Positions 1 through 11,650 of a stretch of DNA of 64,000 nucleotides are shown one piece after another. Source of the DNA: the human T2T-CHM13v2.0 reference genome, Homo sapiens. The stretch is from the NCBI RefSeq assembly GCF_009914755.1, contig NC_060928.1; one strand, given 5' to 3'. The position numbers and the translations under genes are program-made. The notes beneath the pieces are model-generated. The model worked only from the letters and a program-made list of their open reading frames with translations. It was not told the DNA's origin and searched no databases. Positions within the stretch are counted from its first letter, which is position 1; every line of letters starts with the position of its first letter.

Positions 1-527
1 CCCACACTGAACATAGAGAAAAAAGAAAAATTTGAATTTTTCCTTTCAAGGGAAATACCAGGCACTTAGCTAGCCCTTCAACCAAAAATTAGGGAAATGA
101 ATGAATAACCTGCTAAGCAAGAAGATAATAGTAGTTTAAATAGTCATTCCAGTAGGTTAGAGTCACAAGATGTTCGCTTGCTTATAGAAAATAAATATCT
201 TGACATATGTCCTTGAGTTGTTTTCCAGAAATCAGGATCCCCACTCAATGGAAAATGCCAAACACTCTCATGTAGACCTCAGATAGACTGAAACCAAAAT
301 AGATAAAGAAGTTCAAGAAATTTCCCAGCACTTAACTTACTTTGGAGACACCCTTGCCCTTGCCTTCAAAAACTCTTGCTTATAAGCAAGAGTTTGGATT
401 GTTGCTGTTAGCTGCCCATTCTCCTTCCTTGGTGCTTTGCAATAAATGCCTTTCTCTCTGCATATTTTGGTGTCAGTGTTTGGTTTTGCTGCACTAGACA
501 AATGGTCCCAAGTTTGGTTCAGTAATA
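1..527 (+). mobile_element. ERV1-class LTR, 3' part (MER34/MER39-like), cut by window start
   Basis: AATAAA at ~441 in 'gcaataaatgcctttctctctgc', followed by U5-like 'ggtgtcagtgtttggttttgctgcac...cccaagtttggttcagtaata' resembling MER34-group LTR ends. Confidence 0.55.
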
Positions 528-559
528 CTATAGTTTAAGAATAAGATCTAAAATTAAGT

Positions 560-860
560 AATAGGAGACTTCCAACTTTCTTTGTATTCAAATTTATAAT
601 TTGTATTAGGATTGTTTTAATTATTCTACTTATTTACATATCCAAAAAAATTTGAGTCACTTTCAACTTGTAAAGAAAAAAGCCTGATGATATATTGAGG
701 ATTGTGTTGATCAATAAATATGATATTTTTCAATGTATTTACATTTTCTTTAATCTTTAACACAGGTATTTTATAGTTTTCTGTATATGGATCATGCACT
801 TTTTTTGTTAAATTTCTCCCTACACATTTTAACTTATAAATGGTATTGTGAATGAAATAG
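560..860 (-). mobile_element. Old L1 ORF2 fragment
   Basis: ORF 626..973(-) contains 'GRNLTKKVHDPYTENYK...KIKENVN', matching L1 ORF2 '[26 protein letters not shown]'. Confidence 0.7.
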
Positions 861-1039
861 TTTATTTGTGTATGGGTGGGTGGGTGGGTGAGTGTGTGTG
901 CACACTTGCTGTGGAACTGATTATTTTGTTTCTGTATAATGACTTTTTTTATTTTAATGAGAACATTTGGCATAAGATATTCAATTTTAATAAATTTTAA
1001 GTTTTTTTTACTACTGGTGTATTTAAGTAATTTTTACTA

Positions 1040-1625
1040 CTGGTGTAATGTTGTACAATAGCAGATCTCTAGAGTTAATATATCTTACTTAACTGAAAAT
1101 TTATGACAATTTACTACCAATTTTCTATTTGTCCCTCCACCCTCAACCTCTGGTAATTACCATTCTTCTTCTCTTGGATTCTATAAATTTGATGATTTTG
1201 GATATTCACAGGAGTGAGATCACGCAGTATTTGTCATTCAGTGACCGGCTTATTTTACTTAGCGTAATGCCCTCAAGATTCATTGATGCTGCTGCACATT
1301 GAGGACTTTCCTTCTTTGTTTGTAAGTCTAAATAGTATTCCATCGTATGTATATACCACATCTTTTTTACTCCATTCTTCTGTCTATGGACAATGAAGGT
1401 TGTTTCACATCTTGGCTATTATGAATAGTATGGCAATTAACCTAGAAGTGCTAATATATCTTCCAGATTCTAATTTTAATTCTTTTAGATAAATACTTAG
1501 AAGTAGAATTGCTGGATCGTATGGTAGCTCTATTTTTAATTTTAAAAGGAATATCCATACTGCTATTACCACCAACATTGTACAAGAGTTCTAATTTCTC
1601 TATATTATTGCCCACACATGATTTT
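1040..1625 (-). mobile_element. L1MA-type 3' end
   Basis: Antisense L1 3'UTR/ORF2-end motifs 'gtgagatcacgcagtatttgtc', 'ggctattatgaatagt', 'gaattgctggatcgtatggtagctctatttttaatttt'. Confidence 0.8.
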
Positions 1626-2506
1626 TTCTTTTTTTAATTCAATTTTTATTTTTAGATACATGGATACATGTGCAGGTTTCTTACACTGGTATATTCTATA
1701 GTGAGCATAGTACCCAGTATATAGTTTTTCAACCCACATCTCCTTTTCTCTCTCTCCCAAAGTAGTCTGCAGTGTCTATTGTTCCCATGTTTATGTCCAT
1801 GTGTACCCAATGTTTGGCTCCCACTTATAAGTGAGAACATATGATATTTGGATTTCTGCCCTGCATTAATTTGCTTAGAATTATGGCCTCCAACTCCATC
1901 CATGTTCTCCAAAGGATATGATTTAATTCTTTTATATGGCCGTGTAGTATTCCATACTGTGTATGTTCCATATTTTCTTTATCAATCAACCATTGATGGG
2001 CACCTAGGTTGATTCCATGTCTTTCCCATTGTAAATAGTGCTGTGATGGACATGTCTAGGTACCTTTTGGTAGAATGCTTAATTTTCTTTTAGCTATATA
2101 CCCAGTAATGGGATTGCTGTGTCAAATGGTAGTTCTGTTTTAAGGTTTTTTGAGAAATCTCCAAACTGCTTTCCATAGTGGCTGAACAATTTTACGATCC
2201 CACCAATATTTTATAACCATTCTCTTATCTGCAGCCTTGCCAACATCTATAGTTTTTTCACTTAAAACTGGCCACTCTGACTGGTGTGAGATGGTATTTC
2301 ATTGTGGTTTTGATTTGCATTTCTCTGATGATGAATGATGTTGAACATTTTTCAACATGTTTCTTGTCCCCTTGTACGTCTTCTTTTGAGAAGTCTCTAT
2401 CCATGTTCTTTGTCCACTTTTTAATAAAGGTTATTTGTTTTCTTCCTTTTTGAATTGTTTAAGTTCCTTATAGATTCTGGATATTAGACTTTTGTCAGAT
2501 GCATAG
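1626..2506 (-). mobile_element. L1PB-type element, 3' end, nested in the older L1
   Basis: T-rich tail then 'tagatacatggatacatgtgcaggttt'; ORF 1652..1912 contains 'KYHMFSLISGS' (L1 ORF2 C-terminus). Confidence 0.85.
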
Positions 2507-2870
2507 TGATATGATTTGGCCCTGTGTTCCCACCCAAATCTCACCTTGAATTATAATAATACCCATGTGTCAAGGGCAAGACCAGGTGGAGGTAATTGAA
2601 TCAGGGGGGCAGTTTCCCCTCTGCTGTTCTCATGATAGTGAGTGAGTTCTCACAAGATCTGATGGTTTTATATTCCATCTGGCATTTCCTCTGCTTACTG
2701 GCACTCATTATCTCTCCTGCTGCCCTGTGAAGAGGTGCCTTATGTCATGATTGTAAGTTTCCTGAGGGGTCTCCAGCCATGCAGGACTGTGAATCAATTA
2801 AACCTCTTTTCTTTATAAATTACCCAATCTTGGGTATTTCTTCATAGCAGTGTGAAAATGGATTAATACA
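2507..2870 (+). mobile_element. THE1 (THE1C/D-like) MaLR LTR
   Basis: Starts 'tgatatgatttggc...cccacccaaatctcaccttgaatt', ends 'attaaacctcttttctttataaattaccca...gattaataca'; 364 bp. Confidence 0.9.
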
Positions 2871-3340
2871 GTAAATTGGTACCACAGAGAGTGGGGTGCT
2901 GCTATAAAGATACCCCATAATGTGAAAGTGACTTTGGAACTGGGTAATAGGCAGAGGTTGGAACAGTATAGAGGACACAGAAGAAGACAGAAAGATATGG
3001 GATAGTTGAAACTTCTAGATACTTGTTGAATGGTTTTGACCAAAATGGGGATAGTGATATTGACAATGAAGTCCAGGCTGAGGTGGTCTCAGAGGGAGAT
3101 GAGAAACTTGTTGGGAGTAAAGGTCACTCTTTGTTTTAGCAAAGACACTGGTAGCTTTTTGCCCCTGCCCTAGATATCTGTGGAACTTTGAAATTGAGAG
3201 AGATGATTTAGGGTATCTGGTAGAAGAAAATTCCAAGCAGCAAGACATTCAAGAGATGACTTGGGTGCTCTTAAAAGCTTTCAGTTTTATAAATTCACAA
3301 AGATGTGGAATGGAATTGGAACTTATGTTTAAGATGAAAG
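2871..3340 (+). mobile_element. THE1 internal region, 5' ~470 bp only
   Basis: 'gtaaattggtacc...gtggggtgctgctataaagatacc...ctttggaactgggtaataggcagaggttggaacag' directly follows the LTR. Confidence 0.88.
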
Positions 3341-5120
3341 TTATTTTGGTAACCTTATAATATAGCTTAAAGTCGGGTAGTGCGGTGTCTCCAGCTTTGT
3401 TCTGTTTATTTAGGATTGCTTTGTCTATTAAGGCTCATATTTGTTTCCATATGAATTTTAAAATACTTTTTTCTAATTCTTTGAAGAATGATGTTGATAG
3501 TGTGATAGGAAAAGCATTGGATTTCTCAAATACTTTAGGTAGTAGGGTCATTTTAATGATATTGACTCTTCCAATCCATGCACATGGAATGTTTTTCCAT
3601 TTATTTTGGCAGTATTTTGTAGTTCTTCTTGTAGATCTTTCACCTCCTTTGTTAGCTGTATTCCTAGGTATTTCATTTTCATTTTGACCAAAAATTGTAA
3701 TAGGATTGTGTTTTCAATTTGACTTTCAGCCTGGACATTATTAGTGCATAGAAATGCTACTGATTTTTGTACATTGATTTGGTGTCCTGAAACCTTGGTA
3801 AAATCATTTATCATTTCTAGTAGCCTTTGGTGGAGATTTTAGGATTTTCTAACTATAGAATCATCATCAGTGAAGAGAGGTAGTTTGATCTTTTCCTACT
3901 TGGATGTCTTTTATTTATTTATCTTGCATGATTTCTCTGGCTAGGACTTTCAGTACTATGTTGAATAGAAGTGGCAAGTGTGGGTATCCTTGTCTTTCTC
4001 CACTTCTCAAGGAAAATGGTTCCAGCTTTTGCCCATTTCATGTGATATTGGCTATATTTTTGTCATAGATGATTCTTATTATTGGAGGTATACTCCTTCA
4101 ATGCCTAGTCTCTTGAGGGTTTTTATTAAGAAGGGATGTTGGACTTTATCAAAGGCTTTATCTGTGACTGTGGAGATTATCATATGGTTTTTGCTTTTAA
4201 TTCTGTTCATGTGTTGAATCACATTTATTGATTTGCATATGTTGGACCATTAGACCAGTAATAAAGTGTATTTAATTATGGTGAATTAATTTTTTGATGT
4301 GCTGCCAGCTTTGGTTTGCTATAATTCAGTGAGAATTTTTTCATCTATGTTCACCAGGGATATTGGCCTGAAGTCTTCTTTTTTTATCATGTCTCTGCCA
4401 GATTTTGGTATTAGACTGATGCTGGCTTCATAGAATGAGTTAGGGAGGAGTCTCTCCTCTTCTGTTTTTTGGAATAGTTTCAGTAAGATTGATACCAGTT
4501 CTTTTTTATATGTCCAATAGAATTTGCCTGTGAATTCACCTGGTCCAGAGCTTTCGTGGTTGGCAGATTTTTTAAATTACTGATTATATTGAAGGACTTA
4601 AACATGGCCTATTTAGGGATTCAGTCTCTTCTTTATTCAGTGTTGAGAGATTGTGTGTCTCCAGGAATGTATCCCTTTCTTCTAGATTCTCAAATTTGTG
4701 TTCACGGTGTTGTTCACATTATCTCTATGTGGCTCTTTTGCATTTCTGTGGGATCAGCTGTGATGTTATCTTTGTAATTTAAAATTGTATTTACTTATTC
4801 TCTTTTTTGTTAATCTAGCTAGCAGTCTATCAACCTTGTTAATTTTTTGAAGAAACAACTCTTGGTTTCATTTCTTTTTTAATGGAATATTCATCTCAGT
4901 TTTAAGTTCTTCTCTAATTTTAGTTACTTAATTGCTTATGCTAGCTTTGGGGTTGGTTTATTCTTTTTTTTTCTAGTTACTCTCCTTCTCTTTTGGGAAT
5001 TCCAGGTGTCATAAATACAGTCTCATTACAAAATTCCATAATTCTTGGTGCTTTTCTGTATTTTTTAAAGTTATTTTCTCTTAATTTTGTCTGACTAGGT
5101 TGATTCAAAGAACCAGTCTT
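3341..5120 (-). mobile_element. L1PB-type ORF2 body (continuation), jumping to an ORF1-like piece near 4980
   Basis: ORF 3548..3814(-) '[21 protein letters not shown]...[14 protein letters not shown]' is L1 RT; many stops and frameshifts. Confidence 0.85.
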
Positions 5121-5256
5121 ATTAGGCTCAGAGAAATTACATGGGTCAGGTGGTCACTGGCAAATTTAGGCTTGGAGGCTATGGAAATACTTGATGGTTT
5201 CCTTTTTAGAAAAGATTTTCAAACCAGGATAAGTCAGCTGTGCCTTAGAGATGGTC

Positions 5257-5263
5257 AGATAGG

Positions 5264-5303
<40 letters not shown>

Positions 5304-5332
5304 CAGATACACACATACATACATACATACAT
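5257..5332. repeat. Compound (GATA)n/(CATA)n microsatellite
   Basis: About 10 GATA units followed by CATA units, read directly. Confidence 0.95.
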
Positions 5333-5991
5333 GACAGACAAATCAACAGAAAAATCAATAGATCAATATATCAATAGAAAAATCTATTTCCAGTTTAAAT
5401 GAAAGTTAAAAATTTCAAACATTCGCAGCTCAGTTTTTAACTTTTTTCTCTCATAACCCAATAAATTCATGTGGCCTTAAATCTTTATGATATTGTCTGA
5501 TTTTGAAAGTGATTTGAAAGATTTTTAAATTAATTCTTGACTTTTAAGTGAAAAAACAAACGTTTTTCTTCACTATACCATAAACTTAGTATTTGCAAAT
5601 AATACAAACAAAAATATTTTCACACATAGCAGAAAACCCTCTTCAGATTCCTGTTCTGCAATGTAACATTATTGTTATTACTTAATTTCTGGCTGATTTT
5701 TATAATACATACATAGAAACATTTTATTTTTATATAACTAAAAATAAATTAAGTACATGAGTACTTGAAAAAATTCAATGACAATCAGACTAAAGTTATT
5801 TACTTCCATAATAATTAATCAAAATATTTCCCAGTTGATCAAATTTTTATCCTAGTACTATTATTATTATTTATTTGCAGAATAATGTTTAATTCATTTT
5901 TTTTAAATTCTAGAGGATATGAAAAACCTTGAGAGCCACTGTCATGCTATTGTTCACTACTGTAGTCATACCCCTGAACAGATATAAAGTA

Positions 5992-6426
5992 TACTTGGTT
6001 CTTGAACAACACAAATTTGAACTGTCCTTTCCATTTACACGAGGATTTTCTTCTGCCTTTGCTACCCCTGAGACAGCAAGGCTAACCCCTCTTCATCATC
6101 CGCCTCCTCAGCCTAGGCAAGATGAAGAAGATAAGGGTGAAGACCTTTATGATAATCTACTTTCATTTAGTAATAGTAAATATATTTCCTCTTCCTTATG
6201 ATTCTCTAATTTTTTCTTCTAGCATACTTCATATTATGAATACAATGTGTAAGACGTTCAACATACAAAATATGTGTTAATCAACTGTTTATGGTTGATT
6301 ATGACTTCTGGACAACAGTAGACTATTAGTACTTCAGGCTTGGGAGAGTCAAAAGTTACACATGAATTTTTTTACTGTACAGCAAGTTAGTCCCCCTTAA
6401 CGCCAATGTTGTTCGAACATCAACTG
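5992..6426 (+). mobile_element. Tigger2a (MER28) DNA transposon, full length
   Basis: Degenerate TIRs 'tacttggttcttgaacaaca' and 'tgttgttcgaacatcaactg', TA on both flanks, 435 bp, internal 'cccctgagacagcaag...gaagacctttatgat'. Confidence 0.88.
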
Positions 6427-9400
6427 TACTTATTCTTAAGTGTGGATGTACAGGTCTAACCCATCACAGAAACATAGTGAAAACAGGAATCTTAGAAGCA
6501 GACTGACATACATGTAGAACCGGGAAGTGGAATTTTTGGCTTGAATTCAAGAACCAGCTTTACTTCTCATGGAATTCTGAGAGAATCATTCAAATGTTAT
6601 GTCATGCTTCTCTTATCTATAAAATAGCATAATAAAAATGTGTCTTGACTACATAATGAAATTAGAGAATCAAATTGTGTGTTTGTTTATATATTAAAAT
6701 ATTTGCTTAATTATGACAGCATATGTACTATACATTTTTTACTAGCTTCCGATAAAGTGAAATAAGTCTTTATAAACTTCCCTTTAGTTCTTTGAATGTT
6801 AAATCCCCAATGCTACTCATTCCAATTTAATGTCACTTAAGGTCAAATTTATGTATAAATGAATGTATAAACTTAGTAAGCATGTTTAACCCAAATTCAA
6901 AAGATAAAGAGTAGGCAGTAAGATAAGCTAATGAAGTACAGATTTGGGAGTACACAAACTTTTCTATTCTGCCCTTTAAATGGCAGTTTGATCAATATGT
7001 TTAGAAATAATTTTTGTGGATTTTTACATTGCTTTTTAAATATTTTGCATACAAATTGCATTTATGCAATAAAAATAAAATATTTTAGCTTTCAGATTTA
7101 GCATATATTCTGCACTCCATACTTAACTACTCACCTCCCCACCTCCAACACTAACACTTGGACCTAAATATAGCAGTACTTTCCACTTTACAAAATAAAT
7201 AATTTAGATTAGACTACGTCTGTAATGTGCCATAATTATATTCTTTCTGAATGACCTCAAGGCTGTTTTCCACCACTTAATTAAATTCTATACAGTGGCA
7301 CTAAAAATGTACAGAGAAAGATAACTTACTAGAGTGAGTTCCTCATTTATTGCCTTTCTTGGGACACACTACTCATCTCTATTTTTTCAATAAAATAAGA
7401 GCCTCAATGTCATGTGTGAAGGAAAGAAGCAGCTCAGGCTTGAGGAAAACCAACAGTCAGCCTCTGTTTTGCTAAATTTTCAGAAGGGTTATCCTGACTT
7501 AAAGTAGTTGCAATCACAAAACAAAATATTTCTAATTTTACTTGGGCATAGCAAGATAGCTAACGCTCTCATATAAAGCATCTGGATGGCCTGAATCCAA
7601 GTAAAAGGCTGACATTTCTTTCTCTCTTTGAAATATTTTCTGTGTCCTAGGTTCTCTTTTTCTTCTTTGACCCTATCTTTTCTTTTTCCAGCAAATTTTA
7701 TATTTACATGAAGAATTACTGCCTGGCCTTCCCTATGAAATTTTATATTGATATATTGATATTAATAATATCAGGTTTAACAGTGAATTTTTTTAAAGTT
7801 AATAATTCTGTAGGCACAAATTCAATTTCATAAATGAATATAACCTTAAAAATTATTCCTCAAAATAGACAGTTATCAAGTTTGCCTTTTTTGTTTCTTA
7901 AACACTATGAGTAAAGCCTGATCTTTTATCTACTCTTAGTTTTGAAGGTAGTAATTCAGCAACACTATGAAATTATCAAACAATGGCAATGTGAATTTTT
8001 GTGGGGTATGTGGACAAACTTAATGACGATTTAGGTAAAGCCTGGGCCTTTTTTTTTTGGTTTTGTTACATCAAAAATATACTTTAAATGTAAAATATAT
8101 CTTGAGTACAGTTTGGGACTGAATGTTATCCAATAGATGGCACTATACTCTTTGAAATACATTACCTAATGTTACCAGTTTCTCTGTCAAATGACAGAAT
8201 AGGCATTTTTAGTTTTCTGAAACAGAAAGTTGTCTTAAAGGAATCATCAAAACTTGAGCTATTTCTAATAGTCTTTGGTATGTTCTAATTAAAAACAATC
8301 ATAGATTTAATCTGTAGAGTTAAAGTCATTATCACTAACCATCCTTAAAATAGTTTAACAGAAAGGAGCATAGATTATTTTATCAAACAAAGTATTTCTG
8401 AAAAACAGGATAATGTAAACGTCAGTAAATTAAACATTAACATTAGAACCATTGTGTATATGTACATATGAAACATAATTTAAGAATATGTGTAAATATT
8501 AGAATATCCGAATAAGTATAAAACAAGATTTTTTATTTTTGTTATTTGAAAATTATAGTAATAAAATAATGTGCATTATATGTGTGTTACATATGATTTT
8601 ATAATGTTTATTAAATCTGACTCAAGCATGGTTATTGAGGTTATGTATATTCACACAGAAAAATCACTTGAATAAAAAAGAATATGTACTTTCTTACTTA
8701 TTGACTTGAATAAAACTTAAAATGTGAATTGAAATTTTTGAAACTTATTTAGAGATCCATAATTTAAAAATTACAACAGGTGATACAAAATATTAAGATT
8801 ATGTTTACATTAAACCGATTTCTCTATTTATTGTTGAAACATTACTGTGTAGTATTTGGAATAAAAGATTTAAATTAACTTATTAAAATAAACCATAGGA
8901 AGAACGATTGTTACAATTTTAACATATTTTATTTGCTTTGCCCTTCCTATCCCAGACCTACACATTCAGGTGTTTTATAATCTTTCTGCCACGTCTTCTG
9001 ATTTTCCAGATAAGCAGTAGACTAAAATTAAAGTTCCTCATCTAATCGCATAGCAAAGTTCTATAATTGTTAATCAAAATTAAAATAATTATCAAACATA
9101 ATTTTCAGCATTTTGTTTTTATCATATGAAAAAACCCAGAGTGTTCTGAGAGAAAAGCAATCATATGTTGAATCATATAACAAAGTATTATTTCATATAA
9201 CATATAACAAAGTTATATATGATATCTATGTCATATATAACAAAGTATTATTAATCACATAACAACGTATTATTGGTTGCTCAGGGAGAAAAAAATGAAA
9301 CAGGAAATCATATATTAATCATATAACAGTCAAAGTATAACTGATTCCCCAGAAAGAAAAAATATGGAAATATTTGGAGTTTGTATTCCTTATATACATC

Positions 9401-10249
9401 AACTGAAAATTATAGGAGATGTCATTTTAACCATATAAAAAATGCTTCTGATTCAAGACCACAAAATGATGAGAAATGAAGAACACAGTAAACAACAAGA
9501 TCATAGATCTTTGAAATGTAAGTATAGCTATAGCTAACATGCTAATCATATCTTTGGAAAATATAATATGTATGAGTACTAAATAAGAAATCTATAAAGT
9601 AGTAAAAAATGAAATAAAATTTTGTTAGTGATGTAAAACTAAAAATATTAAATTATCTCAGGCACTCATAAGGATATCAGTAGAAACAGGAATAAAGAGT
9701 AACCTAAATCTCTTATTAGTAAAAGGTGAGGGGAAGAAAGAGGACAAAAGTCAGCATGGTCAAGATATTATTTTAGTTGAGTAGAAGATTTAAGGAGAAA
9801 GTGATTATTATGGTGGCAAAACGAAGTGGTTAGCTTTTTTAAAATAAAATAAGAGACTGCCTCTAATTATGAGTATGTCAATAAGATAAGCATTAATTGT
9901 ATAGACTACATAGAATTATTTTTAAATAAGCAAGGTGACAAATTGGAATGAATAGCAACATAATAAAACTTAAAAGAGAATAATAAATGTGACTATTTAA
10001 TAGAAAGAATAATTAAAATGAGTAGAATATAGTCAAGTCCATCAATCATTACAAAAAATGGGAATAGGTGGAATTTTTCAGATAGTGATAATATGAAAGT
10101 ATCAGTAATTTTCTTACGGAAAACACATTTAAGGAAATAAAAAAGTTTCAAAACATATTGAAAGAAATGTTAGGCAAATGAATATAGAAAGAAAAAGCAG
10201 GCATGAAAATATCGAAAGGATTTTTTAGGTAAGAAAGGCCACTTGTAAT

Positions 10250-10282
<33 letters not shown>

Positions 10283-10298
10283 CACACACACACACACA
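10250..10298. repeat. (CA)n microsatellite
   Basis: About 24 CA units with one CG interruption. Confidence 0.97.
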
Positions 10299-10798
10299 TT
10301 CATTTCATAAAGTTCTAGCCTCAGAGAGAGATTAAATAGGCTACGCTGTTAAAAATTTTGATGTTATTAGTACCTTCACACTTTCACATCCCATTAATAT
10401 AATTTTTTTCACTTTCTCAAATAATATTTGAATAGCTTAAATAGACAAAATCTGAATAAAATGAATGAAAATGGTCACATTATATATTACATTCTTTGGA
10501 TATAACAATAAAATTTGAAGTAAAAAATTAAAAGTCAAATGCAGATAATTTGGCTATGTACAGTTAGCTATAATTAAGAATCAGAACCTTAAATAATATT
10601 TCTATTAAAAAGAATATGAAAATTATAAACTTCACTTTAATATTACAGTGAAAAATATATTTAATAAAAGAATAAATACTAAAAGCTTTATCAAAAAAAG
10701 AAAAAGAAAAAACTAGCATAACATTAAAAGCCTCAAATATTTAAATAGAAACAGGCACAAATAATAAAATTAGGAATGATTTTTATAATTTGAGGATA

Positions 10799-11149
<351 letters not shown>

Positions 11150-11244
11150 TCACTTAAATAAATAACTATAATGAATGATCAAACAATAATTTTGAAATTA
11201 GAGAAAAAATAATATATACAGGAGCTGGTTTCTTACAAAGACAA

Positions 11245-11650
11245 TGTGATAGTTATTTTTGTATGTCAACTAGGCTAGGCCACAATACCCGGATATTTGG
11301 TCAAACATTATTCTAGATGTTTCTGTGAATATATTTTTTAGATGAGATTAACACTGAAAGATCAGTAGACTTTGCATATAGATTAATCTCTAAAATGTGT
11401 TGAAGTTTACTCTTCGTGATAAGTTGAAGGTCTAAATAGAAAGAGACAGAAGTCCCCAGAAGAAGAGAGAACTTTGCCAGCAGATGGCATTTGAATCTGA
11501 ACATCAAGAACTGCTTTTCCCTGGACCACTTTGCATATTTTGGACTTGCCAGCCTCCATAATCACATGAGACAATTCCTTAAAATAAATGTCTCTCTATA
11601 CATATATGCATCATTTTTGCTACCTTTTACTGAGAACCCCAACTAATACA
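11245..11650 (+). mobile_element. MLT2 (MLT2D-like) 5' LTR of an ERVL provirus
   Basis: TG...CA: 'tgtgatagttattttt...gtcaactaggctaggccac...atatttggtcaaacattattctagatgtttctgtg' to 'gagaaccccaactaataca'; AATAAA at ~11583. Confidence 0.88.

Noticed and set aside
6500-6680. Possible MIR fragment (similarly faint L2/L1M pieces near 22200-22480, 23950-24100, 44400-44705, 51440-51940)
   Set aside because: Too degenerate to delimit or classify by eye
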